Positions 13,471 through 27,869 of a stretch of 64,000 bases of DNA are shown here, in pieces. Origin of the DNA: Callorhinchus milii. Taxonomy: Eukaryota. Below the pieces are notes generated by a model. That model did no database searches and was not told where the DNA came from. It saw only the letters and a program-made list of their open reading frames with translations. The stretch is taken from positions 61,072,001 through 61,136,000 of the forward strand of contig NW_024704743.1 in the NCBI RefSeq assembly GCF_018977255.1, in the 5' to 3' direction. Positions within the stretch are counted from its first letter, which is position 1. Every line of letters begins with the position of its first letter. The translations under genes and the position numbers were made by a program.

Positions 13471-13564
13471 AATTGGAGTCCTTGGGTTTGTTTCCAAAAG
13501 TGGTATTTGTGTTTTGAGTATTAAAGCCACACTTCAGAAGTGTAAAATGCTCTTGAATAATTTG
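13258..13564. repeat. Perfect 72-bp inverted repeat (arms 13258-13329 and 13493-13564)
   Basis: Arms are exact reverse complements by direct reading. Confidence 0.97.
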
Positions 13565-14469
13565 TCACAATCACGCTTTTAGATTTGGAAACCAAATAAC
13601 CAATTTACAAGGGTATGGGGGGGAAGTTAGAACAATACGGGAAAGATTAGGAATGAGTGAAGACACTTGTGGAGGATATATACTAGCCGAGATCCCTGCT
13701 TCCGTGCTGAATATTCTTTGTAAATCTTTGCGAATTCTTGATTTGTATATCTTTGTAAATAGTTATGGAGATGACAGGCAACTTTGGTCTCAAATTCATA
13801 ACTTGTCAGTTAATTAATACAGTGTTTAATTAATTACTTAATTAATAATTAATTAATAATTTATATCATAGTGCAAGATGTTTTCGGAAGCCATGTCCTG
13901 CTTGTCGCACATGAATGTCAGATAATGGTTTAAACTGGAATACTTATTTTGTTCAATTACCTATTATAAAAGTATTTGTCCGTGACTAGATTTTTGTCTT
14001 TCAAGAAATGGAGTAAACCATTTTGACATATTGCTTAATTACACAGTGAAATAACCATACAAGACTGAATGAACACAACTCCATTGGTTTTATATTGTAC
14101 TTCATGTCTTAAAACGACTGCAGCAAATAATTAGATAACCATTCCAGGAAATGGGAAAATTGCTTTCAATCTAAACATTCTACCTTGTTAAAACTTCTCC
14201 AAACAAGGAGGAAATTCTAAAATGTTGAGCTGCATTTCAGTTTGCTGACATCCTGACACGTCACAACTCAAATACCAGTTAATACTAAACATTTTAATTA
14301 TGTTTTATTGCAAAGACTGGAAAGAATGTCATTCTCTGTTCAACATAACCAAGAGGTATTTCCCCCAGGCCATAAACCCAACACAGTGAGTATCCAGCAG
14401 GCAATGAAGGAATGCTGAATATTTGGAATATCTAGAGAGAAAGAGCTTTACATTAATATCCTGAGAGGA

Positions 14470-14930
14470 TATTGAGAGGATACAGAGGAGAGTTACCGGA
14501 ATGATTGAGGGGATGAGAACCGATTACGTTAAACTGAGCAACTTCACACTGGAGAAGAGAAGATTGAGGGTGATATGATTATGGTCTTCAAGATTATAAA
14601 AGGACTAGATAATGTAGACCATGATAAACTCTTTTATCTTGTACTGAACAGTAGAACCAGAGGATGCTTGCAATTGAAAGGGATAAATTCAAAACAAATC
14701 TGCAATAATACTACTTCAATGAGCGAGTAGTAAACATATGGAACAAGCTCCCTAGGGAGACGGTGGAAGCAGAAATTGTCGATTCTTTCAAGATAGATAG
14801 ATTTCTGTTAGGAAATAATATCTCAGGATACAGTATATAGTTTGGGATAAGACACGTGCATGAGACTGCAGGATGGTGGAAGGCAAACTGGATGGACTTT
14901 GGTCTTCTTTTGTTCTTATAAAAACCCTTC
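14470..14930 (+). mobile_element. Degraded CR1 3' fragment
   Basis: LEKRRLRGDMI and RVVNIWNKLP-like remnants. Confidence 0.75.
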
Positions 14931-14971
14931 CACAATCCACACTTAAATGTTCTTAACTACTAAGCTCTTAC

Positions 14972-15054
14972 CTTATGCAGCTATAGTGTTTGAAGGTGCT
15001 CGCTGCTTTCTGGCATTCCAAGCAGAGTTGTATTGCTCCAGGATAATCTTCTTC
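14972..15054 (-). CDS. VPS50: VPS50 coding exon 9 ([28 protein letters not shown])
   Basis: 83 nt, CAG/GTAAG bounded, ends in phase 2. Confidence 0.96.
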
Positions 15055-15679
15055 CTGGACAACAAAAAACATGTTTAATAACAAACGTTACAAAACCATC
15101 AAATACACTTGACAATGTAGGCAAAGGTACTCAGAAGATTATTACAACCTCAATTTAAAAATATAATCCATTCTAATGACTTGCATTTCTAATTAATCTG
15201 AAAGGCCCGTAATGTATGGAAGCTAGCATCTGAAAAAGCATGGTGAGATACCATGACAAGTGTTGCTTCAAGATACCATGGCAAGTGTTGTGCTCAATCA
15301 TAGCAGTCACACTTTTAACACTGTACAGCTTGCTGCCTTAGATGGAGTTCAGTGACGAGAATATAGCAAGAAACGCATCACGATATGGCATGAAATTCTC
15401 TAAACTTCAGTCATCATTCCACCACCCCGCCCCCACCCCCCCAAAAAAAAACTTCATTTTTGTGAAGCACTCCCAACATGAAACACAGTATACCAAATGC
15501 AAAGATTACTATTTCCTTGACAATAATGCTGAAAGGCAATTTTTCATATGATGAATTTCCATTTAAAATTATAAGCTAGAACTTACTGCTGTTAGCCCTA
15601 CACCCCAGCACATAACATAGTTAGATCAACTAATACAGACTGTTGTCTTTGATGGCTGAGAGATTCATAGCAATAAACC

Positions 15680-16035
15680 TTGCATTTGATATAAAGCCCT
15701 TACCAAGGCAGCCAGTTGCACACAGCAATGTCTGACAAACAGCCATGGAATGAAAGACCAATTTTATTTGGGAGAATGTTGGCCAGGGCATCGGAAGAAA
15801 TTCCCTTCTCTTTTCAAATAGTATAATGGGATCTTTAATGTCCACCTTAACAAGCAGATGGAACCTCAGTTTAACGTCTCATCCTAAGGATGGCAACTCC
15901 TAACAACGTAACATACCCCCAGCACCGCACTGGCATGTCAACTTAGACTGTGCGATTCCAAATCCCGACATAGGGCTTGAACCCACAACCTTCTGACTCG
16001 GAGGCGAGTGTGTTATCACTGAGCCAGACTGACAG
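15680..16035 (-). mobile_element. Older tRNA-headed Deu-domain SINE (SacSINE1/LmeSINE1-like)
   Basis: A/B-box head (ggctcagtgataacac...ggttcaag), Deu-like core and L2-type tail; related copies at ~6830-7160, 9470-9715, 31500-31830, 43960-44180 and 52830-53315. Confidence 0.7.
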
Positions 16036-16759
16036 TTTTCAATATTAAAAATCAGATGCAGCACAGATTAAATGTGGGGTAAAGCTGACACTACTCTGCT
16101 CAAAAACACATTTTAAATCACTTAACAGTGCTCCCCCTCTAAAGCACTAATGTGAATACCTCCCATAGCAGCAAGCTTTGTGGCTTCTGAATGAGTCTAG
16201 CAAGTTAGCATCATTTTTCTAATGTGCTGTGGTCTCATGTCATTTATAAACTATTCAGATTGTTCAAACTCATTTTAATCAAGCCTACCAGAAAATTTCC
16301 ACCTTATTAGGGTAAGAGGAACACTATTTCAACTCATAGCACAGTATATGAAAAAATTCCCCCTCATCTACGTGTGTTAGTGTACAAGGATGAAGTTTTC
16401 AGTAAATGTATTCTATACTGACTCCACTAAAAGCCAACTCTTGGTAAGATCAGAGCATCTCAGCTAAGACAAATCTACATTTAACTGCATGATATGGTGT
16501 CCAATCATCTCTGTTAATTTTGTATGGCAACATAAATTAGCTTTCTCTGTACTTCTAGGCTGAATGAGTTAATCACATGCGCAAGAACTGCTTATTGTAC
16601 TGAACAATCTTCACTTCTGGCTCCTATGGGGTCATAGAAGCCAAATCTGTATTTGTCAAGCCAGCAGCTTTTTATCCAATGCAAGCTCTCATGCAAGCAG
16701 AGTGCTGTTATACAAATATTTGTTCTTTTCGTATTCAATAATACATTTAGAAAAGCTCC

Positions 16760-17475
16760 ACCACTGCCTCTCTCCGCAACATCACCCGTCTCCGCCACTT
16801 CCTCTCCCCTCAGGACACCCTCATCCACGCATTCATCACATCCAGGCTCGACTACGCTAACTCCCTGCTTGTCGGTCTTCCCAACTCTCCCCTCCACAAT
16901 CCTGCAGATCATTCAGAACTCTGCAATTCATGTCCTCTCCCGCACCAATCTACATGATCCTATCATCCCTATCCTCACCCGGCTCCACTGGCTCCCCATC
17001 CCCCAGAGGAAAGAGTTCATATTCCTTGTCCTTGCCTTCAAAGCCCTCCACAGCCTTGCTCCTCCCTACCTCAGCGAGCTTCTAATTCCAGATAGACCTA
17101 TCCGTTCCCTATGCTCAGCAGGTTCCAGCCTGCTCCATATGCCCCGCCTGGCCCGGCCCACCCCATCATCAGCATTTGGGCCCCCACCCTTTATAATAAT
17201 AATAATAATTAAATAATAATAATAATAATTAAATAATTGGAACTCCATCCCACTGTCCCCTGCCTCACCCCCTCCCTTGCCTCCTTCAATGACTATCTCA
17301 AGTCCCTCCTCTTCGACCGCACCTTTAGTCATCTTCTTACCCCTACCTTCCCTGTCCTCCACCCTGTTGATCCCATCCCCCAGCTGGGGTCCAAATCCCT
17401 GACTGTCCAGTGCCTTGGGGCATCCTCCCAATGTGAAAGGCGCTTTACAAATGTAGTTGGTTGTTGATGTTGTTC
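16760..17475 (+). mobile_element. L2 LINE 3' fragment
   Basis: PILTRLHWLPIPQR and LAPPYLSELL motifs; (TTG)n tail. Confidence 0.85.
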
Positions 17476-17859
17476 TTGCTGTAGAATACTACTAAGCTGT
17501 AGCTGGATTTAAACCTTACAGCAATAGAAGGAACCACACATTTCCAAAAATAAAAAATAATTTATGACAATGAGACAAGCATAAGGCTGCAATGAGACTA
17601 GAAAACTACTACTGGGAGGAGGAAAACCAAGCAGTTTTGCTTGACTGTTAGGTTTCACTTTTGAACACAAGCCTTGAACTAATCAATTCCCCATTTTGTT
17701 TGAAAAGCAATAAACTTGCTCCTTAGATATTGCAAAGAGAGGAAAACACAATTTGTAAATACCGTCTCCAATGCATTTCCATTCTCCATTACTTTTATAT
17801 TAGCTGTTCACACATGGAAAATACCTGGGAAACAATCCTCGGTTCCAACATTTGCTTAC

Positions 17860-17895
17860 CTCCAACATTTCACTTAATCGCACATCGGTCCTTTG
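17860..17895 (-). CDS. VPS50: VPS50 coding exon 8 (QRTDVRLSEMLE)
   Basis: 36 nt, CAG/GTAAG bounded; follows an 89-nt intron. Confidence 0.95.
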
Positions 17896-17984
17896 CTGTG
17901 AAGAGAGAAGTTAAATATTTAGTGCAAACCTTTATGTTGAAAGATTAGAAAGCAAAAGTTTTTGAAAACTGAAAGAATAGATAC

Positions 17985-18102
17985 CAGGGTTTTAATTGTG
18001 CGCAAAGATTTCAATAGTCCAATCAGGAGCTGTCTCCTTCTTTGGTTAGCAAGCAGTCCAAGGCTAGCTTGTGTGAAACCTTCCTTGGCAATACTGAGCT
18101 GT
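17985..18102 (-). CDS. VPS50: VPS50 coding exon 7 ([39 protein letters not shown])
   Basis: 118 nt, phase 2/0; within ORF 17919-18134. Confidence 0.96.
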
Positions 18103-20299
18103 CTGTCAAGACAAACACAACAAATATCATTCAAGCTTGAAAAAACAACTTACAATTCTATGCTATCTTACATTCTAAGACTCTAACAGGCTAAGGCTTG
18201 TTCGAATTTCAGACCTATTGTTTTTTCACTTCTTCCCAATAACCCCAACATAGAAAAAAACGCCATCTCCAAAGCACAAAATGTGCTTTATTTATGGAGT
18301 GTTTCAGTTATAAAAACTGTGCACAGTGACAAGATGAATTGGTTTCCCTGTGAAATTCCTCTTTGCTGAGAGCCCAACAGCAACCTTAATCATCTTCATC
18401 ATTCTGTTAGAGACTCTAAATATGTCATCATCGTAATTTGTTCCTCTTCACAGTATGAAAGGAGGAAGAGATCATAAACAGAGATCATAAACCAAGCAAG
18501 AATGATAAAAAATCTGGACTCTACATCTTAAACCCTCAATCAGTTTAATGTATTCTGGAACAGCTTAAACGTGCCTCCACTCATCCATTAAAATATTATC
18601 TAGTAGCTAATTAAACCAATGCAGGAACGGAAATGGGATTTTGGAACTAGATTGCAAATCACAAGAATTCTTACAATGTTGTTTGTGAACTAGTTCTGTA
18701 CTATAAAAGGACCGTCACAGAATTTAATCTTATTTAAAAAAAAGGATCAGCTGTCATTGAACTGCATGAATTTATTGGAGTAAGGATTGACTAAATAGCT
18801 GTTTTTTTACATTAAACCTACAAACTGTTGCTTATTCAATAGAGGAACAGGAGTAGGCCATTCAGCCCCTCAAGTCTGTTCCATCAGTCTGTTTGATCAT
18901 GGCTAATCTGCACTTCAACTCTTTTTACCCACCTTTTTCTATACCCGTTGATACCCTTAGCTAACAAATATCTCTGCAATTGCATTATAACTGAATTTGC
19001 CCTATAAAAAGTGTGTACTTGTATATACTGGATCATTAACCAATAGCTGCAGTGCAGCCCTGTTATAACACACATTTTTTATTGAGCAAATTAATTTGTA
19101 TTGCAGTAGCAGAGTGGATCACAACACAGATACGCAGCTGACCCATTTGATTTTCATCCACTGGCCAATTTCTGCACTAGAAGAGCTGGATTCCAATGTC
19201 ACTTCCTACGTGACATCATCAAAGACTTGATCTGCAAACCAGCCACAGCAATTCCAAATCAGGATCATGCACACGCTCAGCAAAAACACAGTGATGTCGG
19301 CAGTCACCTGATGACCCATAAGTCAGCAATTTTTTTAGTTTTTAATGTGAAAAACAGCCGTGGATGGAAAGCAATCTGTACCTCGACTCCAGTCAGCTGC
19401 TACGCATGAACAGTGAAACAGGCTATCAGGACAATACACCCTCGTCTGCCTGCTTCCTGGGGTAATAAATGGGTGAATAATGTAGGTGAAAAATGGTCGG
19501 CAGTCACCTGTCATTTCCATACCATGTACAGGAAATGTGATTGGATAATATGTTCAGGAAGTGCCACTGACCTAACTTCGCAAAGGCAGTGATGTCAGTG
19601 GTATTTCATGCTCATACAGCATGTGTGAAGCACTCAGGAAGTGATATAAACAACAACCCAAAGGTCAACCAATTTTCCATAATCTGAAAGATAATTTTCT
19701 CTTAAAATTTAAGATCACACTGATCTTAAAACAAAATCCGAAATTCAGAAGCCAGTTTCCTCCATTTCTCAAAAACACACCTTCTAAATTAAGACTGAAT
19801 TGAAGAATTTTCTACACTCCTGTGTGATCTTAAGACAAAATGATCTTACAAGTCAAGACTGGATGTAATTTCAGGCTTAGCTGAAGTTTGGAAACAAATT
19901 CCATGTTTGCTCTCATTGGTGGCTGGTGGAAGAAACATCTATTAAAAAACACCTATCTGAGTTCAAATAATTATCACAGGCTTGAAATTCAGCATGTTAA
20001 TAGACACTTTCATTCAAGTTAAAAGTGCAGTGTTCACCACCCCACCATTAATATACTCAAGTGGGTTATTCGATTTAAATAAGAAATTTACAGCACTTAT
20101 TTTACAAAACATACCTTCTCCAATTGAACACTTAAGGTTCAGCTTGCCTATTATAAATGTTGTTTAAAACTAAGTCTAAACTCGTCTATTGCAAACAGTT
20201 GAAAATCCACAATGTATCAGTATTGTATGCCAACTGCCTTTTAAGAGCATCAATGAAGCTTGTCACAGGCATAGATCTCCTGGGAAATTGATATCTTAC

Positions 20300-20370
20300 C
20301 TTCTGGCATTGGTACATATGACAGCTGCCAATTGAAGATTTGTCTGCAATGATGTGACTCTTTCAAGCTC
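20300..20370 (-). CDS. VPS50: VPS50 coding exon 6 ([24 protein letters not shown])
   Basis: 71 nt, CAG/GTAAG bounded, ends in phase 2. Confidence 0.95.
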
Positions 20371-23300
20371 CTGAAGAAAAGAAAATATGTCTCAAAGCTT
20401 TCCACTTTAAAACGGTTCACCACTGCCTCAAGAAATTTTCAGCAAATAGCAATACTTATTTGAAATTATATTCAGGCATGGTTACAATCATGTATTACTT
20501 TACACTGAATACTAGATTCCTGGTGTATTCTGAAAACAAATTATTTTATATTTCAATCTTTCAGGTAACTGCAGTTTTTCTGCACACCGACACTGTATTA
20601 TTTGTCTCAATAACAAAATTTCAATTTCCTGTATAAAAGCAAGCATTTTTTTAAGGAGTATTCAAACTGTATTCAACATTACTTAGTGGGAAATATGAGT
20701 TTTCTAACAGTTTAAATAAGGCTACTGGAACAGTTAGATGAGCCCTCGAAGCAACATCTCATCCAAAGAATTATAACAACCATGCAAAGCAATACTTCAT
20801 TTGTGAACACACATCCCCTTGAGACTCCCAAACAACTTGAGCAAACTACAGACTGAGAATTACAGGTCATTCCTTGGATATTGCAGAATCTCAAATGTTA
20901 CCTCTGTGACTCACTTAGTGTCAGTGGTGGTTGAGGTTGCATAAAAGCAGTGCCTGATTGAAGAGGATAGGAAATCATGTTGTGACTATGGCATCACCTA
21001 AGTGTTTAATTTTTCATTACTCATTGCTGCTATATCATTATTATTAATATTATTATTATTATATCATGCAGAATGTGCATGTGTCCTGGGGTTTCATGTA
21101 TGAAGGTACCCCTTAATGATAAAGACATAATCTTCTTGTGATGGAAATCTGTGCGGATGTGAGATTCCTGTATACTGATGTCTTAGGGGAACTCATAGCT
21201 GGAAGATGAAGTTGAATAATTTATTATGGAATAATTTGTTGCATTATTTCCACAAGATCGTTGTATCATATTCTGGAAGTTCACGGGGAGAGGAAAAATC
21301 TCAGGAATGCAAAATTACACATAAAATACAGCTGATAATGCTCGATCACCAATGATATTTCGTTAACAAGAAAAATTATATTAAAATCTTTTTTAGACCC
21401 TGAAAGTGAAAGCCCAATGAACAATAGTTTACCTTGAAGCAAAACATTGTTACAGTGCAACAAACTTTTCACAGCCACTCGCAATGACTGACTGAGAGCA
21501 TCATTCAACTACCAAGCAGGTCATTATTAGTATATAAACTAATCCCAATTGCACATGTATTTTTGTCAATCAATATGTGTTCAAAGCCTCTTTCAATTTT
21601 TTGGGGTCGGCCAGGAATCTTACACATGCACAAACCCATCACCAATGCTTACGAGAAAAACAGACTGAGAGTTTTCCATGTGTAATGCAACACATGGGAA
21701 TTTCCATGTCTGGAATGGAATGTACACTCTGACTCTGGAGGAACCCACCCTGTTTACCTAATTCCAACAACAACAACTTGGATTTATATAGCACCCTCCA
21801 CGCTGGCCGGGGTCTCAGAGCACTTTACAGTAACGGATCCCGGGACCGAGCCAAGGGGAGGGGGGGGGGAAGGTGACCAAAGGTACGGTCAAAAAGAAAG
21901 GTCTTCAGCAGAGACCTGAAAATGGGAAGGGAGCGAGCGAGACGAAGGGAGTGAGGAAGGCATTAAAATTCCAGAAGGTATTTAGCACAGGCTGGGAAGA
22001 GCCAAGGCTTGGGCACCCTAGAGTGTGCGTTGGGGTACTGCTGGGAGTCTGACCAGCTAAAACCATACAGCTTGCCATGAGAACACTTGACAGGAAAGCT
22101 TCCCACTGCTTTTCCAGCAAGGACCACTCTGACAGTTAAGGCTTTGGCTTACAAGCTGAGTGGGAAGAACCCCTACCTTTCATGTCCTGTTGGTGAGCCA
22201 GGCTGATTGATCTGTCATCAGCAGTGTCCTATGAGCAGGTCACAGCCTAACGTTTATGTGTCTATGACAACAGGTCCTGATGAAAATCATTTCTTAGTGC
22301 AGAAGCGGGCTGGCATGTGAGGAGGTGTTGGCCAGCGGCATACCTGCTCACTGAAAGGGATTCACACTCCACAATAAACAAACTAATCTTATAATGAAAT
22401 GTATTACAATGTGTTTCTACTGTAGTTCAATTCTACTGTAAACAAAATTCTGAAGTTAGCTGTTTCTAAGTTGGGCAACCACAACCTCCTACAAATGGTG
22501 TCTCCAACATCACTGCTGCTTCAGATCAATTTTTTTCTGTAATTGTGCAAATCTGTGAAGGATTTAAATTAAAAAATTTCCTCAGACTTGTTGTCATTGA
22601 CACTTAAATGTGCAAGCTGTGATCTAGGGCACTTAGAGGATTATCAGTTTGTCATCAATGTCAACCCTGCATGCTGCCAACAAATCATTCAGGTGGCAAA
22701 CTGATGACCAAGAACACATCTTTTAGTGCAGGAGCCAGAAAGCAAACCTGCCAGCTGTATGCAGGCGCAGTGAATGTGGATGCACTGCCCAGCTGTCGTG
22801 GTCCCATTTTGAACTGGGTTAGGATTTTATTGATTCCAATTTATTATAACTTATTACAAAGCCCCACTTTTGTTTTAACCTACAATTACTTATAAACTCA
22901 GTTTGACTAGTCTTGAAATGACTTTTTTTAAGGTTATGCTACTTTATTTTTTTAAACCCATTTTGGAAATACAGCACGTAATTCAATCACATCTGTTGGA
23001 CCTGGATAGTTATGAAACAGGAAGTTAATAAAAATGGACACTGAAGGAAAAAGCATCATCTCCAAATGCACCAAATGACAGATCATGTATTTCCCAAACC
23101 TTGACAGTCTATGAAATACTGCCATTTCCAATTGTAATTCTATGCTGCACAAGACTCAAAATTCATCTGCAATACAGTCAGTTGGTTTCGAAATTATCTG
23201 AACAAAAGCAGGGTACTGACCTTAAATTAATTAACCGTAGGAATGCAAAGCACTCTGTCAGTGAAAAGATGATTCCCTGAAGAAATCTTTCTCATGGATT

Positions 23301-24338
23301 TCTTTTAAGAACCCTGGGCTTGTTTTTGAAAAGTGTTTCTCACAATTTTTGTTTGCATTGTACTCTTCTGATCCACATTTATTGATGCTTTATGTTTATA
23401 CCCCTGAACACATCTAGTGATAAGTATGCTCATTAATCTGAATTTTAAATGTTTTATATTTGAACATTGTGGCAGAAATCCAATTTTCAATTCATCTAAG
23501 ACAAAATCATCTCAAAACTTACATTTGTGGGGGTTGAAATCGATTTAGTTTTTTCTCCACTTCCACTCTTAGGACCTCCCATTGCTACACATTATACCCT
23601 GGACATGCTACCTTATTTCAGGCATTGTCTAACTGACTGCCTGGAGATACACAAAGGCAATAGAACTTACTAACTCATTCCTATTTTGTCTCCAGTTTTA
23701 TGGAGGACATATCTGAATTATGCCTGAAACATTTCAACCCTTCTTCTCAAAGGAGTGGATCGAAGAAAAAAATTAAGTCATCCCAAGCTATTTATGTACA
23801 CCCCATCTTATCCAAGCAGCTACAAGTAATTTCCTGAGCAAAAGGTAATAACAGGAGGAATCATAACTAAACCCAATCCTTACCTCAAAAGCAGTTTTTA
23901 GCAAAGGTCGGAATTGAAATCCAAGCTGACATTTCCTCTCATCTCCAATCCAGGATCACTGAAGCCAACTGCAGTACCTCATTGCTGCCAAGCTTAGATC
24001 AGCTATGTTCCAAACCTGGTCTACATCTGTATGAACTAATTACTTAGGAGCTCAGCCTAACAACATATCATCTTCAATGAGCCTTTTTAATGTTAATACC
24101 CTCTTTTCCTAGTCTCCTCTGGCCATACATCTCCAAGCTGTACTTATGTGTTTTTGGAGTAAACTCCTGAGAAGGACTGAAGTTCCATCCAGTAATACTT
24201 TGGATGACCCTCAGAGACAACAAGGTGGTGAAGCTGAGGTGAACACAGGAACATGAAAGATCACACCACTACGGCACCACACATCAATGCCACTTCCATT
24301 TAGACTTTTGTTCACTGGTTGCAGCCCACGTGCCTTAC

Positions 24339-24392
24339 CTTCACATATGCAGCTTGTTTTTCAAGTATTAAATCTGCTACTTTCTTTGATAC
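24339..24392 (-). CDS. VPS50: VPS50 coding exon 5 (VSKKVADLILEKQAAYVK)
   Basis: 54 nt, CAG/GTAAG bounded. Confidence 0.95.
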
Positions 24393-25010
24393 CTGTAAAG
24401 AAAAGCAAAAAGCTGCCAACATTCATTCACTCTTGATAAAGCAATATAAGCATTTTTTCTACAGCGTAGTTTTAATAATCACCCACTCTGTAGCTCTGAT
24501 TCAGAGTTCACAAGATTAAGCAGATCAAATTAAAATGCTGAACTATCACAATTTGGAATATAGATTGTACTATTGCAGCCACTTCCTAATCTTGTCCCAG
24601 TATCACTTGCATCAAATAGGACAGCATTCAGGAGGGTCAACGCACCCCCCCCCCCACCTTTACATTTTTTGTCCTCGTTGTGAGAAACAATAATGGAGGA
24701 AACTCCTGTTTTTAATGCAGTTTTTCCTGACACAACTGTCAAAATTGTAAATTCTCAAGTGGCATCAGGGGTATGAACCAATGTTCCCACCACAGAGTTC
24801 AACTAGAACACTAAGGTACCACACTGCATGCTAAAATGGTTAGTTGCCACTAAGGTCATTTGATCACCATGTACACAGTTAAAGAGCTCATTATTAACAT
24901 TATGCATGTTTCTATAACATTAAATAATGAATTTAGAGACTTCTTGCAACCCACAACTATAGGATTTGATGGCATGTCACAAAGCAGAGTATAAGAAAGG
25001 TCAAACCTAC

Positions 25011-25082
25011 AGCAGCTTGCTGCTGTTTCAGTTTGTCTCTGTGCTCCTCTAGGTCTTGGAGATTGAGTGTAAGGGGGAGCTT
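25011..25082 (-). CDS. VPS50: VPS50 coding exon 4 (KLPLTLNLQDLEEHRDKLKQQQAA)
   Basis: 72 nt, CAG/GTAGG bounded; RDKLKQQQAA motif. Confidence 0.95.
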
Positions 25083-25755
25083 CTGTGGACAAACAGTAAA
25101 AAAAGTCAGTGAATGATTAACCAGTCAACATAATTACATTTAAAAGTTAATTCACAATTGCTGGTACATTGGAAACATGCTTGATGATCAACACACTTGT
25201 GCTGGGGGCTATCATCTGTTACTGTAGATTTTATAAGGCTTATTCTCAGCACGATACATATGAAGGGGATGCAAAGCAATATTAAACAGCAAAATTTTAT
25301 CTTTACTCTGTGTAATTTACGTTTATATTCTTGTGCATCTTATCAAGTGGTTGGAATATCAGCAAATGGGAACCTATTACAGTCTATATCTTTGCTCTTT
25401 GTTACATTCTTATTCAGTTCAAGTAGAAAAGTCACTGCTAAATCTAATGAGATTTCACACTGGCTGCAACTGGCTAATCCATCAATCTGGCTTTCACAAA
25501 GAAAATGCAAGGCTGAACATTAATTTACATTAACAATCCACCCTGAATATCATAGCAACAGCTCCATCACAGACAAATTATGTCTTCCCTGGCAACCATT
25601 CGATTCAATCTATCTGAAAGTCAATCTCATCTGACATACTCTCTTCTCTCAAGCCTTTCTGTGTCTTGAGCAACTGAGAAACGTCTTGCATAGCTTCAGG
25701 AGAAGCACATTCAAAAAGAGGAAACTTATTCAAGGAAATTGCATGATATACTTAC

Positions 25756-25878
25756 CTCCAGCTCATACTGGACAACATCAAAGGAATCATTGCTGAAGTA
25801 AATTTCTTCAATGCTATTAATTATTTCTTGCTCTGCTTGAGGATCACTGGGATGTTCTCTCAATTCTCTCAATTCCTC
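25756..25878 (-). CDS. VPS50: VPS50 coding exon 3 ([41 protein letters not shown])
   Basis: 123 nt, AAG acceptor, GTAAG donor; strong similarity to VPS50. Confidence 0.95.
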
Positions 25879-26079
25879 CTTAACAAAACATAAAATTAAA
25901 AAGAAATCACATTTTGCAAATTTATATTAAAAAAAGTTACCTTTATAGGGATAATCTTTGTATAAAACATTCTGTTGCCGACAGTGTTATCACTACTCAT
26001 TAATTAATTTAAAATCCATTTTGCACTAAATTTATTCCAGTTCAATTTGAACATTTACACTATGCTTTAAAGAGAAACA

Positions 26080-26510
26080 ATCAATTGAAAAACAACTTCC
26101 ATTACATTGTGCTTTTCACTCAGGGTAGTGTCTCGGAGCGCTTAAAAGTGGCAGAGATGAACAACGACCTAGGGAGAGGTGGGAGGTGATCGTAGGTATG
26201 GTCGAAGAGAAAGATCTTCACGAGTGATCTGAAGACAGACAAGGAGGGAGACAGATGGATGGATTGAGGCAGAGTTCCAGTCTCAGGTCCAGTGACTTAA
26301 TGCATAGCTGCTGATGGTAAAGCAAAGGAGGGACGTGCAAAAGGCCAGAGCCGGGTGAACGAAAGCGACGGGTAGTGGAGTGGGTTTAAGCAGATCAGAG
26401 AGGTGGATAGATGCTGGGGAATTTAGTGATCTGTATGCAAGTGTGAGGATCTTGAAATCGATCCATTCTTCAATAGGGAGCCAGTAGAGCTCCCTATTGC
26501 AGTATGGGGT
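26080..26510 (-). mobile_element. Degraded L2 3' fragment
   Basis: Similar to other L2 3' ends (gatttcaagatcctcac, tail). Confidence 0.7.
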
Positions 26511-27869
26511 GCAGAGTTTATTACAGACTTTATAAAACAGACTATATGTGCTTCAACAATAATGTAGTTGGCTCTGATATTCGTTTTTTTTTCCTTTGCT
26601 GTGATCAGGAGTGCTGTGGAAAAAATACAGATATCTCTCACACACAGCTGCATAACCAGTATTACAGAAAAACAGTGCAGACACAAAGGGCACCTACTCC
26701 ATAATGATAATAATAATACTCCTTGCATTTGATATAGCACCTTATCACGTTATCGAGATACAGGATACACTGTAAAGTGGACTGACTGTATTTTGCGGAT
26801 GAAACACAGCAGCCAGTTTGCGCGCAGCATAACATATATAAATATAAATTTACTATTTATGTTTAAAAATGTATCTGGCAGATTAATAATGGTTAAAGTC
26901 ATGAAAGTTTTTAAAGTCTGAATTCCCTTCATGAAGCTACCATTTCACGAATAAATTCAAAGCTATGGGTGTACTCTATTCAATAATAAGTATTGGCATG
27001 AAAGCATGAAACATTTCGCATTCAAGTCAATTAATTCAGACATACTTTTTTGTAAAATAGAACAAAAAATCACAATTATTAACTAGTTTGCGAAGTGAAG
27101 TACAATCCTAATAAAAATTCTTATATCATTTTGGTGGAAAAAGCACATTATTGGTACTCTCAAATGTGTTAATTTATCTGCAGTGGCACAGCACAGAACA
27201 GAAACACATTCTGCATCAGGATAGCACACCAAAGAGATATATTATGAGGCACAAGTGAATTTTTGGTTCAGAGTAGCAAGATTTCTTCTACATCTGGATG
27301 TGTTGAAACTGAGGAATGCATCATCTCAGTCTATTCTTGACCATCAAACTAAACCAGTTATAAATTGTTTCAAAATGTCACAAACATAATGCTCTCTCCA
27401 AACTTTTGAATTTTGATATTGTGATTGGTGTGAGATTGTGGTGCATTTCTGGAGAAGAATTGGACTATTCTTTATGGCTGTTATGACAAGAAAGGAAGTC
27501 TTATTCGACTGACGACTTTACAAGCAAGGACTTCAAATTGGTTCAGGTTTTCTAAACATGGCCTATGTTGACGCAGTCAAATAATTCTTCACCTACCCAT
27601 CAGATCAGAAAACTGCCTCATCGTAACTGGGCTTCTTTCCAAACCAGCAGGAATACAGATGTTGGGCTTGTAGACAAATTCTACTAAATCAGACCACTGT
27701 TCAGACATTCAGTACATTACAGAAACTCTTCCTCAGCATCACGTGGTTGCATATTGCCATATGTTTCTATTTCTGATGCCACACTGCCATCTAGAGATCT
27801 CAAACTGCACTACCATTATACAGCAGATGGGAGTTCAAGATCCTAATTCTAACTTTTAAATACTACCAT

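Noticed and set aside
19288..19312. C/D box snoRNA-like GTGATGT...CTGA
   Set aside because: Boxes are too close together and the C box is imperfect; no terminal stem
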